Shown: positions 48,315 through 59,041 of the stretch, piece after piece | Layout of the letters: the number at the start of each line of letters is the position of its first letter | Numbering within the stretch: the stretch's first letter is position 1 | Origin: an uncultured delta proteobacterium | Lineage (GTDB): Bacteria; Myxococcota_A; Polyangia; Polyangiales; Houyiibacteriaceae | Direction of reading: 5' to 3' | Assembly (NCBI GenBank): GCA_963716775.1 | Contig: CAVQUI010000008.1 | Span: 974-64,973 of the forward strand | DNA: 64,000 bases | Program-made: the position numbers and the translations under genes | The notes under the pieces: model-generated | Seen by the model: only the letters and a program-made list of their open reading frames with translations | Told to the model about the DNA's origin: nothing | The model's database searches: none

Positions 48315-48982
48315 GGCGACGCTACTATCAGCTCGTCGCCAGTCTTCCCGCCCTGCCCGACTTCCGGCGCGCAAGGCTGCTACCTTTGAGCCGTCTGCGA
48401 CTCGAGGAGCGACTCTCGCTCCTGCACGCGGATGACTGGAAGGACCTCACGAGGGCCCAGAGTCTGCTGAGCTGGCATCGCCAGCCGGTTAGTCGGACGA
48501 CTGGAGAGTTCCTCGCCATGTATGACGAGGTCGTGGCCCGCAACGTCAATCGGGAGCTCATGAGCATGGTGGAATTCCGGATGAACGCGCGGACGGTGAT
48601 GGTTGCCCTCCGCCAGCGGCGCCAGGGAAAAGCCGCCCCGTCCGGGCGATGGGGCACAGGCTCGTACACTCGTATCATCGGGTCTCGCTGGACCGAGCCG
48701 GAGTTCGGCCTGGGCGCCGTCTTTCCATGGATCCCCGAGGCGCAGTCGTTCCTCGAGCGGGGGGACGCCATGGAGCTCGAGAAACTGCTGATGGGTCAGA
48801 CTTGGAAGAAGCTGAGCCAGATCTCAGACGCACACCCGTTTGGGTTCGAGCAAGTCTTCGCCTTCGCGTACAAGTGGGACATTGTCCACCGATGGCTGTC
48901 CTACGACTCCGAGAAGGCCCGTGATCGCTTTGAGGAACTCATATCGGAGGTGACAAGTGACCACCAAAACCTCTTCGCCTGA
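48311..48982 (+). CDS. DUF2764 family protein (V-ATPase subunit C-like)
   Basis: GTG 48311 overlaps the E stop; 'YYQLVASLPAL', 'FGFEQVFAFAYKW.I..RW'; lies between E and A. Confidence 0.85.
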   Translation: MRRRYYQLVASLPALPDFRRARLLPLSRLRLEERLSLLHADDWKDLTRAQSLLSWHRQPVSRTTGEFLAMYDEVVARNVNRELMSMVEFRMNARTVMVALRQRRQGKAAPSGRWGTGSYTRIIGSRWTEPEFGLGAVFPWIPEAQSFLERGDAMELEKLLMGQTWKKLSQISDAHPFGFEQVFAFAYKWDIVHRWLSYDSEKARDRFEELISEVTSDHQNLFA

Positions 48983-50867
48983 TCGGGGCGAGTCGAACAG
49001 GGACGGAGTTCGACGCGCTCCCGTCGTAGCCGTACAGGAGAGCCTGGTCAGCATCAGCGTCCGCGACACTCGAGTCATGAAGAACGAGGTCGGCTACGTG
49101 CTTCTCGGGGAGGAGCGTCTCAAGTCCGAGGTGCTTCGTGTCCAGAATCAGGTCGCCGACTTGCAGGTCTTCGAAGACACCTCGGGGGTCCAGGTCGGGG
49201 ACGAGGTCGAGCTGAGCGGCGAAATGCTGTCTGTAACGCTCGCACCCGGTCTTCTTGGGAAGGTGTACGACGGGCTGCAAAACCCGTTGGCCCTGTTGGC
49301 AGAGGAACACGGCTTCCTGCTGCCCCGTGGTACTGATGTGGACCCCGTGGACACCGAGAAACGCTGGGACTTCACGCCGAAGGTTTCGACGGGAGAGACC
49401 CTGGTGGCGGGACAAGTCTTGGGGACGGTTCCCGAGGGAATTTTCGAACACAAGATCATGGTGCCCTTCGACGAACCCGCAGCGGTGAAGTTGACCTGGA
49501 TCAACCGGGGCAACCTCACGATCCAAGATCCGGTCGCCCGACTAGTCCGACCAAGCGGTGAAGAACGGACGCTTACGATGGCGCAACGATGGCCGGTGCG
49601 CCGCCCGCTTCCCGAACGGATGCTCCGCCAGCGCGTGGCCGAGCGCATCTACCCGACCGAACCGCTGACCACCACACAGCGCATCATCGACACGATGATC
49701 CCGGTTGCACGTGGAGGCACCGCGTGCATCCCGGGGCCTTTTGGTTCCGGCAAGACGGTGCTCCAAAGCCTCATCTCCCGACACTCGGCAGTGGACATCG
49801 TGATCATCATCGCCTGCGGCGAACGGGCGGGGGAAGTCGTGGAGACGATCACCGAGTACCCGGAGACCACGGACCCCCGGACCGGGGGCTCGCTGATGGA
49901 CCGCACGATCATCATCTGCAACACGTCCTCGATGCCGGTCGCCGCGCGAGAATCCTCCATCTACACGGGAATCACGTTGGGGGAGTACTACCGGCAGATG
50001 GGGTACGACGTCTTGTGCATCGCCGACTCTACCTCGCGCTGGGCCCAGGCCATGCGCGAGACCTCGGGGCGCATGGAGGAGATCCCGGGGGAGGAGGCGT
50101 TCCCGGCGTATCTGGACTCTTCGATCAAGAGCCTCTACGAGCGGGCGGGGCTCATCCGTGGTCCCGACGGACAGACTGGGAGCCTCACGTTCATCGGCAC
50201 CGTGTCGCCAGCCGGCGGAAATTTCGAAGAGCCCGTAACCCAAGCGACGCTGGCCACCGTGAAGACGTTCTTGGGTCTATCGGCCGACCGAGCGTACAAG
50301 CGATTCTATCCGGCGATCGATCCGCTCATCTCCTGGTCGCGTTACCTCGACCAGATGAGAGACTGGTACACCGAGAACCTGTCCCCGACCTGGGTGGAGG
50401 ACGTCAAAGCGGCTCACGCGCTTCTCCATCGGGGCGACGACATCTACCAGATGATGCAAGTGACAGGGGAAGAAGGGACCACCATGGCCGACTTCCTCGC
50501 CTGGCAAAAATCGGTCTTCTTGGACATGGTCTTCCTTCAGCAGGACGCTTTCGACTCGGTGGACTCCTCGATGCCTCTCGGGCGCCAGAAGAGCAGCTTC
50601 GAGCTCGTGAAGGAGATCGTAGAAGCCGACTTCGCGATGGACGATCGCGACACGGCGCGGGACTTCTTCACGCGCCTAATCAGCCTCTACAAGAACCTCA
50701 ACTACAGCCCGGATGATTCCGCGGAACACACTCGCTACTTGCGGGAAATCCGAGACCTGGTCGATTCGAAGCGGGTGAAGGTCGCAGACGGGGCCCCAGA
50801 CGTCACGATCGCCGATCTGCCCTCCCCTGGTACATCTAGCCAACGCGGAGAGACTTCGCGTTCTTGA
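48957..50867 (+). CDS. ntpA: V/A-type ATP synthase catalytic subunit A
   Basis: Walker A 'GPFGSGKT', 'CGERAGE', 'NTSSMPVAARE', 'DSTSRWAQAMRE', 'PGEEAFPAYL'. Confidence 0.96.
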   Translation: MTTKTSSPDRGESNRDGVRRAPVVAVQESLVSISVRDTRVMKNEVGYVLLGEERLKSEVLRVQNQVADLQVFEDTSGVQVGDEVELSGEMLSVTLAPGLLGKVYDGLQNPLALLAEEHGFLLPRGTDVDPVDTEKRWDFTPKVSTGETLVAGQVLGTVPEGIFEHKIMVPFDEPAAVKLTWINRGNLTIQDPVARLVRPSGEERTLTMAQRWPVRRPLPERMLRQRVAERIYPTEPLTTTQRIIDTMIPVARGGTACIPGPFGSGKTVLQSLISRHSAVDIVIIIACGERAGEVVETITEYPETTDPRTGGSLMDRTIIICNTSSMPVAARESSIYTGITLGEYYRQMGYDVLCIADSTSRWAQAMRETSGRMEEIPGEEAFPAYLDSSIKSLYERAGLIRGPDGQTGSLTFIGTVSPAGGNFEEPVTQATLATVKTFLGLSADRAYKRFYPAIDPLISWSRYLDQMRDWYTENLSPTWVEDVKAAHALLHRGDDIYQMMQVTGEEGTTMADFLAWQKSVFLDMVFLQQDAFDSVDSSMPLGRQKSSFELVKEIVEADFAMDDRDTARDFFTRLISLYKNLNYSPDDSAEHTRYLREIRDLVDSKRVKVADGAPDVTIADLPSPGTSSQRGETSRS

Positions 50868-52290
50868 CGACGATCTCATGGACAAGAGCGCGGAGCTCGC
50901 GCCGAGTATCCCTCGGGACGTCTCGATACTTCTTCTGAATCTTCGAGAAGGTCTTGCTGAGCCGACGTCGGGAGGATGTGTCGAGTTGATCTGAGGACTT
51001 TAGGGCCGTGCTCGGTCGGTTCCGGGAGTTCTTTTTTGGCGTGCGCCCAGGCCTGAATACGGTCGAAGTGGTCGAGCGCTCTTGCAAGAAGTACGAAAGG
51101 GAAATTGAGCGAAGGGTGCGGCCCGACGCGAACTCTGTAGCCGTCCTTGGGGTTTCGCATGGCCGACACGGCCTGCTCGGTCATGTTGGACGCGCTCGCA
51201 AATCGGCGTGTGAGCTCGTAGATCCCCACCCCGAGCCCGCCGAGCCCGCCGAGTACCGTCCCAGCAAACACGGACGCGAAACCCACGGCAGCGTCCACCG
51301 CACCACCCGCCGCAGCTCCGGTCAGCGTCGTCAGCGTCAGGAGCGTCTTTGGCGGGAGCCCCATGACGTCCCAGGTTTCCTTGGCGAAGAGGTCATCGTG
51401 CGACTCCAGTTCGATTTCCGTTTCGGGTGACCAGCCATCGAGACGGTGCAAATAGACCTCGGCGATCTTCCGGTGCGCTTTCCTTTCGATCAGGCGAAGC
51501 TTGTCGTGAAACTCTCGCTCGAGCCGGGATCTCTCGTGCGGCAAGGCGTGTTCATCGGGGAGCACGACACTCAAATGCAGCGTGAGTGCGTCCAGCATCA
51601 TGTCAGAAATGATGTTGGACACTTGGTAGCGCCGGTGCTCTTCCTGCACCCGCAAGGCATCGACGCCTTCGACGATGGGGCGCTCCCATGAAGGCTGCAA
51701 AGTGGCAAAGGCCTCGAGGAGCTTGCGTCGCTCTTCCCAGGTCACCGCGTGGGCGTCGAACAGCCTGACGAGCTTGAAGTACTGATTGAGCGCGCGCCTC
51801 CAGTCTTCGATGTACTCACCTGAGCCGCTTCGGTTGATGAGCGCCATCGCCGGCTGTCCGGTGTAGCGCAGAACCTCCATTTCCGTTTCGTAGTTCTTTC
51901 GGTAGGGCTCGTCACCATTGACTACGTAGAGGATCGCCGCGCCATCCAGAATGGGTCGAAGCAAGCGCCGCTCTTCCACGAAGTCCTCGCTGCCCTCAAA
52001 CGCGTCAACGAACTCGCGTACGCGTTGGACCCGATCAGCGGCGGTGACCTCCCGCTGCTTGATCCAGTGAAGCGCCCGCGGCGCATCTTCAAATCCAGGT
52101 GTATCGATGACGGAGAACAGGACTCGATCGTCGACCTCGACGTCATAGCGGACACATTCGGTCGTCGTACCGGGCCGGGGGAGATCTTGACCGCGTCGTT
52201 CTCGATCAGGCTCGCGATGACGCTCGACTTGCCCTTGTTGACTCGACCGACCACCGCAAAGCGCGGAATTTCGACGCTTCGCTTGGTCAT
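50836..52290 (-). CDS. TRAFAC-class GTPase with DUF3482 domain (frameshifts near 52180 and 50990)
   Basis: G1 'GRVNKGKSS', G2 'PGTT', G3 'DTPG', G4-like 'INR', glycine-rich hydrophobic hairpin. Confidence 0.85.
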
Positions 52291-53763
52291 AGCGCGTCCA
52301 ATGCAATGTACGGATCGGCCAGCTCGGCCAGGTACCCGGCCCAGACCTCACGCTGCTCATCGTTGCCACCACTGGTCAGCAGGACGTAGATCTTCCGGCT
52401 GGAGTGACCGTGAGCTCGCAGGGACTGAATCAAACGTTTGAATGCACGGTCGGGGGCGTTCCAGGGCTCGGCGAGTAGCAGCACCGGCTGCTTGCTGCCC
52501 TCGAGTCGCCTGAGCAGGGCTTCGTCCTCGCTATGGTCGTGGCCGCCAGCGCTTGCGATGGGCGGCTCGACCAGCGCGCCGAACCTCGCGCGCAAGCGCT
52601 TCAAGAACGCGTCGTCCGAAATCTCGGCGTCTCGCCAGCGAACCGCGATCGCCGGCTCGTCTTGGCTGAATTGCTGCGGTCGACCCAGGGGCTGATGCCC
52701 TTCGCCGAGCGGTGCGACATTGCCCGGGTCGTCCTCCTGTACTCGGCGCACCCGAGGATTGGTGAGACGCACGATGACTTCGGCTTCTTCGGGCGTGTCG
52801 AATGAGAGCTTGGCAAAGGCGCGATTCATTCCCACGCGACCCCAAAGAACGAGCACGAGCCTCGGAAACAGGCCGTACACCAGCAAGCACAGGAGGAGAA
52901 AAGGCCACCATCCACCCGCCAGGGCGGCGTCTTGAACGCGCGCGCCCGCCGGCGCGTTCACATACGCCGAGTCAATGCGGAAATACTGTGTCGCGTGGAC
53001 CAGATCGAAGCGATGGAACGGCGTCGGGCAACCAGCGTCGCCACGGCACAGCCAAGCCTTCGCAGAATCGCTGAAGCCCCTCCGCTCCGACCTGCAGCGT
53101 CGTGCTCCAAGCGAAGGCCAAATCAGTAAATGATACGGCCGCGATGAAAGTCGCAATCGCGCCGACGTTGAACGCGACGGCTCCGACCTGCATGGCCCGA
53201 AACAAAACCCAGCGCTCTACCCCGCCGTACAGGGAACGCCTTGCCAGAAGCCGTCCGGCATCATCGGCGCCGACCATCTTCGTGATCAGCTTTCGGACTA
53301 GTGCGCTCAGGGGGAAGTTCGCGAGAAACCCCGGGGAGGATCGCGACCAGACAAAGGCGACGATCGTTCCGAGCAAGTTGAGCCACTGAACGATCACAAA
53401 CACGCCGAGCACCACCAAGACGTTGATCGGGTGGTCACCGGTGAACTGCAAGACCGCAAGCGCGACCATGGCCCCGATCAATCCGAACAGCGCAAAGACG
53501 ACCCAGTTCGCGAGGAGCTGCGCGCGCTCGACCCGTTCACCGGTGGTCGGGTCCTCGCTTCGGCGCTGCAGCGACGCCAGCCAACGGGTCACGAGCTCCG
53601 GGGCCGTCCTCGGATCGTCCTGCCAGCGCAACGCGATCGCGCGATCCCTAGCGATGAGCTCCTCGCGTGGACGATCGCGGTCGGACGCGAGCTGCACCTC
53701 GAAATCGATCAGCTCCGCGAGGCCGAAACGACCCTGGTTTGAATGTCGCTCGGGCGCCGTCAC
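52287..53763 (-). CDS. DUF2868 family membrane protein (frameshifts at about 53000-53100)
   Basis: 'PINVL', 'DLAFAWSTTL', 'WWPFLLLCLLVYGLFPRL', C-terminal 'EPWNAP'; overlaps the GTPase start. Confidence 0.8.
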
Positions 53764-53956
53764 GGACCGAATTCGTACTATATGCCCGGGCCGACGCCAA
53801 CCGACCTCCGTGGGGCGGCAGCGGCAGCTTGAATACCGTGGCTGCTGCGTTCGAGCCTCGTTGGCGCCTACAGATCCTGAAGAAGAGTGAGCTAGCCCAC
53901 ACCGGCTCCCGGGGTTTGGGCTTGTGGGCGGAACCCTACACCGCGAGAATGAAGGA

Positions 53957-55859
53957 ATGGGGGGTAATCGTGTGATTTCGAGTTGGGCTCTGCTTTGCTT
54001 GACCACCCTGCTGGTAGCCACGGGCTGCCGTGGCGGCGGCACCGCAGATTTGGGACCGGATGGCGGTGCGGGCACCGACGCTGGCACGGCGGATTCGGGA
54101 ACGATGAACCCCGAGGACCTTCCCGACATGCTCGTCCAGATCACAGCACCCAAGCAGGGCGCGTTTCTCGAAACCGCATCGGTGCAAGTCGAAGGCACGA
54201 GTGAAAACGCCGAAACCTCTGCCATCTTCACCGTGAACGGAGTCACGGTCACACCTGACACGAACGGCGATTGGTCCGTGCGAGTCCCGCTGGACGCAGA
54301 AGCGGTGGCGAACCCGATTTTGGCGGAGCTGTCCCGCTCCGAGGACGGCGCGATGGCTCGAGATCGTGTGACCGTGATAGCAGGCCGTTCCGTCGCCGAC
54401 GGCGACTTCAGCGAGGAGGGCCTTGCGGTTCGCATCAATGACTCCGCACTCGATTCCATCGAAGGCTTCTTGGCCGGACTCAGTCATAAGTGAGCTCGAT
54501 TTGGCCACCTTGATCCCGGTTGGCACACGGGTCATCGACAACGACTGCTTCATCGATGGTGGGTTTCTCGGCTGTCTGGGCCGGGCCAGCGTCGATGTCG
54601 CGGCACCAGCGCCGAGCTTCGCCTCGCTCGGCCTTCAGCTCGATGCCCAGCAGGACGCCTTGACCATCGACACCACGGTCACGGAGATGGTGATCCATCT
54701 CGACATCCTTGGAAGCGGTCTAGTGCCCGACTGTGGGCTTACGATTACGGCAGGCGAGACCGGCATCGCCTCGAGCTTCGCTCTGCAGCCAGACCCGACA
54801 GACCCAAGCAAGATCGACGTGAACTCCCTCGGTGCGCCGGTTCTGTCCTTCAGTGGCTTCGTCCCTTCGTTCTCCGGTGCCTGCGATGCGCCGATTGTCG
54901 GCGACATCATCCAGGCAGCGCTTCCTGACTTGGAGCCGCTTGCCACCGACGCTCTGGCGGCGGTTCTACAAGACCCGGATGGCCCCGGTCCGGCGGACGA
55001 TCCTCTTTCTGACGCGGCCGAGCTCGCCTTGGCGGACCTCTCCATCGCCGGATCGCTCGGCGACGCATTCATGGCCAGCCTCGATGCCCCGTTTTTCGCC
55101 ATTCCCATCGACGAGGCGGGTATGACGCTCGGATCGAACGGTCGCGTCATGTCACTGATGGTCGCCGAAGGCGCTCCGGACCTCAGCGCCTCGTACGACG
55201 TGGACGCGACGTTTCCGGTGTTCGGCGGCAACACGCCGTCGGGTGCCCCCTTCGGCGTGGGAATCTGCCTTTCGCCTTCGTTCTTCAACCAGCTGCTGAA
55301 GTCGATCGTCGAAAGCGGTTCGCTGAGCTCGGAGATCACGGACCTCGATTCGCTCGCGCTCAATGCAGCGAGCCTGAGCCTTCTGCTGCCCGGGCTCGAG
55401 ATGCTACCGCCGACGACGCCGATGAAGCTCGTGCTCGCCCCCGAGCTCGCCCCGTTGATGACAGGCGCCCCCGGGCCGCAAGGAGAGCTCGGAGAGCTTC
55501 TCTTGCCGCACTTGAGAGTGGACGTGCGCGGAACCGACGACATGGTGTACGCCTCTTTGGTGGTCGACATTCGCGCAGGTCTCGACATGGAGGTCGACGA
55601 AGAAGGCAGCCTGACGATGCTGTTGGCACCGCCCTTGCGGGAAGACGTCATGGTCACGCTGCTTCACACGTCGGTGGGCGGGAACGAAGCCATCATTCAG
55701 TCGTTCGTACCCAACCTCGTCGCGGACGCGCTGCCCGACATAGCCGGCGCACTGGGCTCATTCCCGCTGCCGTCCGTGCTGGGACTGGAATTGAGCATCA
55801 TCGAAACAGCCCGTGAAGGGGCGTTCTTCTCAATCTACGCAGACCTTCTGGCGCCCTGA
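53957..55859 (+). CDS. Large acidic lipoprotein with an N-terminal Ig-like domain (frameshift near 54480)
   Basis: Lipobox 'VATGC'; 'VQITAPKQGA...VEGT...TVNG...NGDWSVRVPL'; continues in ORF 54423..55859. Confidence 0.7.
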
Positions 55860-55973
55860 CACCTCCTGCTCGGTGGCGACGAACAGGGGTGAGCTACGAC
55901 CCGGAGCTTCTGCTATTGCCCCAGCGCTCCTCCGTGGGGCAAATCTCGACAGTAGCGCTAGGGAGAACGATTC

Positions 55974-57119
55974 ATGCTGCAAATGGACAAGACCCCTGAG
56001 CACAAGGCGTTTCGCGAGACTGTTCGCGCCTTCGTGCGCAACGAGCTGGTGCCGCGGGCGCGCGAGTTCGACAAGTTGGGCCGGATCGACAAGTCGCTGT
56101 TCCCCAAGATGGGTGAGCTCGGCATGCTCGGTCTTCGCTATGACGAAGCCTATGGCGGCGCCGGGCTCGACTGGTCGTACACCGCCATCCTCTGCGAAGA
56201 GCTAGGCCGCGCCGACAATGTTGGCGTGATGACGGGCATCTCCGTCCACACGGACATGGCGACGCCGTCGCTTCATCGCTTCGGCAGCGAAGAGCTGAAG
56301 CAGAAGTACCTGGTGCCCGCCATTCGTGGCGAGATGGTGTCCGCAATTGCGGTGACCGAGCCGGACGCGGGCTCCGACGTTTCAGGCATCCGAACCCGGG
56401 CGGTCCGCGACGGCGACGATTGGGTCATCAACGGCTCCAAGATCTACATCACCAATGCCGCCACCGCGGACTGGCTCTGCCTGCTGGCGGTGACTGACCC
56501 CGACGCCGGTCATGCGGGCTTCTCACAAATTGTCGTGCCGACGAGTACCGCTGGTGTCTCATATGACTTGCTCGACAAGATCGGCTTCTGGGGCTCCGAT
56601 ACAGGGCTCTTTTTCTTCGAGGATGTCAGGGTTCCGGTTTCCAACACGATCGGTCAAGTCGGCGCAGGTTTTGCGCAACAGATGATGCAGTTCCAGGCCG
56701 AACGGCTCGTCGCAACCATCGGGCTCATCGCCTACTGCGAGGAGCTCTGGGAGACAACATGCGGCTGGGCCCGGGAGCGCAAGCTGTTCGGCAAGACTCT
56801 GATGTCGATGCAGAACACCCAGTTCAAGCTGGTTGAATGCAAAACGCTCCTGACCACAGGGAAGCTCATGAACGATGCCTGCGTCGAAACACTCATCCGG
56901 GGAGAAGACGCCACAGACCTCATCTCCATGGCAAAGCTCCACGTGGGCCGCGTTTGCCGGCAGGTTGCAGACGTATGCTTCCAGCTGCACGGTGGCGCTG
57001 CCTACATGAAGGAGAGTATGGCTGGGCGTGCATTTTGCGACACACGCATCGCTAGCGTCGGCGGCGGCAGCGACGAGACGATGATGTACTACCTCGCCAA
57101 ACGCTGGCGGCTCTCGTAG
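55974..57119 (+). CDS. Acyl-CoA dehydrogenase (long-chain/citronellyl-CoA dehydrogenase-like)
   Basis: 'AVTEPDAGSD', 'INGSKIYITN', 'FQAERL', 'R.LFGK', 'QLHGGAAY', 'GGGSDE'. Confidence 0.93.
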   Translation: MLQMDKTPEHKAFRETVRAFVRNELVPRAREFDKLGRIDKSLFPKMGELGMLGLRYDEAYGGAGLDWSYTAILCEELGRADNVGVMTGISVHTDMATPSLHRFGSEELKQKYLVPAIRGEMVSAIAVTEPDAGSDVSGIRTRAVRDGDDWVINGSKIYITNAATADWLCLLAVTDPDAGHAGFSQIVVPTSTAGVSYDLLDKIGFWGSDTGLFFFEDVRVPVSNTIGQVGAGFAQQMMQFQAERLVATIGLIAYCEELWETTCGWARERKLFGKTLMSMQNTQFKLVECKTLLTTGKLMNDACVETLIRGEDATDLISMAKLHVGRVCRQVADVCFQLHGGAAYMKESMAGRAFCDTRIASVGGGSDETMMYYLAKRWRLS

Positions 57120-57150
57120 GCTGCGGGTTTCGAGTCCAAGGAGCTGGATC

Positions 57151-57621
57151 ATGACCGAGGCACCCGATTTCGAGCTGAGAGAAGTCATCACGCCGACCCG
57201 TGTCGCACGCGTCGGCATGAAGGTAGCCGACGTGTTTGAAGAATGCGTGGCGCGCCGTGTTCCCGGCATCCCCTTCTGCAACGAGCGCAACGAGGTGGTG
57301 GGCAGAGTGTCCCTACGCCACACGCTCAAGATGACCTGTGTCCCCGAGCACATGGTCAAGGGTGCACACCTGCTCGGCGACATGATCCAGGCGGTACGGA
57401 TACCCGACTTGTGGGCCAAGGAAGTATTACAGATGCCCGCCGAGCACTTTGTGCTAGAGCCGCTGGCGATCGTGACATCCGCGGCCCCCGTGGTGAAGAC
57501 CCTCGCCATGATGGAGCAGTTCAACAGCAGCTATGCGTTTGTCATCGATGACGGTGTGTATAAGGGGATGGTTACCCGCATGTGGATTGCGTCGCTGATG
57601 CTGAAGGTCCGAGAACGCTGA
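57151..57621 (+). CDS. CBS-pair domain protein
   Basis: Two CBS-like repeats ('VPGIPFCNERNEVVGRVS', 'YAFVIDDGVYKGMVT'). Confidence 0.75.
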   Translation: MTEAPDFELREVITPTRVARVGMKVADVFEECVARRVPGIPFCNERNEVVGRVSLRHTLKMTCVPEHMVKGAHLLGDMIQAVRIPDLWAKEVLQMPAEHFVLEPLAIVTSAAPVVKTLAMMEQFNSSYAFVIDDGVYKGMVTRMWIASLMLKVRER

Positions 57622-57624
57622 GCC

Positions 57625-58944
57625 GTGGACGTAGCAGCTACTTCCCTCGATACGAACATGTACATCGCGGCAGGCATTCTGCTTGCAGCGTACGCCCTCA
57701 TCTTCAGTGAGGTTCTGCACCGTGCCAACGCCGCCATCATCGGCGCGGTCGTCATGATCGGGGTCGGCATGGCCCGGGGCTTCTATTCCCAGGAAGCCGC
57801 CCTTAGGTCCATCGACGCGAATACGATCCTCCTGCTCCTTGCGATGATGCTCGTGGTGGCCATGCTGCGCCCTACCGGCGCCTTTGAGTACGCGGCGATC
57901 CGATTGACCAAGCTAGCGGGCGGGCGACCCATGCTGCTGATGGTCTACCTGGGTCTGGCGGTGAGCGTGATCAGCATGTTCCTCGACAACGTGACCACGA
58001 TCATCATGTTCGCGCCGCTCACCGTGTTGATCACACGCATCCTGAAGCTCAACCCGATGCCCTATTTGGTCGCCGAGGCCATGCTCTCCAACATCGGCGG
58101 GGCTGCGACCCTAGTCGGCGACCCTCCCAACATCATGATTGGCAGCGCGGGCGGCCTCAGTTTCAACCAGTTTCTCGTGCACATGGGCTTGCCCATTGCC
58201 CTGGTCTGGGTCGGGACGACAGGACTCTTGCTACTGCTGTTTCGCAAGCAACTGGCGAGCGCTCCGGTCCTCGAGCCCATCGATCTGGACGAGGGCCGCG
58301 CCATCCGAGACATGCCCGCCCTGAAGCGAATTCTCGCCGCACTGGGCCTGATCATCGTGCTGTTCTTCACCCATCACCGCCTGCACATGTTCCCGGCTTT
58401 CGCCGCATTCGTCGGCTTGGCGCTCGCCCTGGTATTGCTGCGCCCCTCGCCGGACAAGCTCTTCGGCGAGGTCAACTGGTCGGTCTTGGTCTTCTTCGCC
58501 GGGCTCTTCGTCATCGTGGGTGGCGTCGAAGGATCCGGCTTGCTCGACCTGGTCGGCCACAAGCTGGCTGCTCTGGCCAAAGAGCCCGGCGAGCCCCTGA
58601 TGGCCGCCTTGATTCTCATGTGGATCTCCGCCGCGCTCAGTGCGGTGGTCGACAACATTCCATTCACCGTGGCAATGATACCGATCATCCTCGGCTTGGA
58701 GTCCCAGGGCGTCAATATCACTCCACTCTGGTGGGCCTTGGCGTTTGGCGTCGCCCTCGGCGGCAATGGAACGCACATCGCCGCGACGGCGAATATCATC
58801 GTGGTCACCGAGTCCGAGAATTGCGGTGTTCCAGGAGCCCGGATCACGCCCCGGATGTGGCTGCGATACGGCCTGCCAGTCACCTTCCTGAGCCTTCTGG
58901 TGGCCAGCCTTCTGTACGCCCTGTTCTTCGATTTCTTCCTGTGA
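57625..58944 (+). CDS. ArsB/NhaD (P-protein-like) ion transporter
   Basis: 'SMFLDNVTT', 'SNIGGAATLVGDPPNIMI', 'SAVVDNIPF', 'LGGNGT.IAA.AN'. Confidence 0.92.
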   Translation: MDVAATSLDTNMYIAAGILLAAYALIFSEVLHRANAAIIGAVVMIGVGMARGFYSQEAALRSIDANTILLLLAMMLVVAMLRPTGAFEYAAIRLTKLAGGRPMLLMVYLGLAVSVISMFLDNVTTIIMFAPLTVLITRILKLNPMPYLVAEAMLSNIGGAATLVGDPPNIMIGSAGGLSFNQFLVHMGLPIALVWVGTTGLLLLLFRKQLASAPVLEPIDLDEGRAIRDMPALKRILAALGLIIVLFFTHHRLHMFPAFAAFVGLALALVLLRPSPDKLFGEVNWSVLVFFAGLFVIVGGVEGSGLLDLVGHKLAALAKEPGEPLMAALILMWISAALSAVVDNIPFTVAMIPIILGLESQGVNITPLWWALAFGVALGGNGTHIAATANIIVVTESENCGVPGARITPRMWLRYGLPVTFLSLLVASLLYALFFDFFL

Positions 58945-59041
58945 GGGCGAAGCGCCGCTGCAATTCCGCCATGGGGAGCCAGTCGCGCTGAACAGGTGAG
59001 CGCCTGGTGCTCCGGGCACGCTGGTATGTTATTCAAATTAC

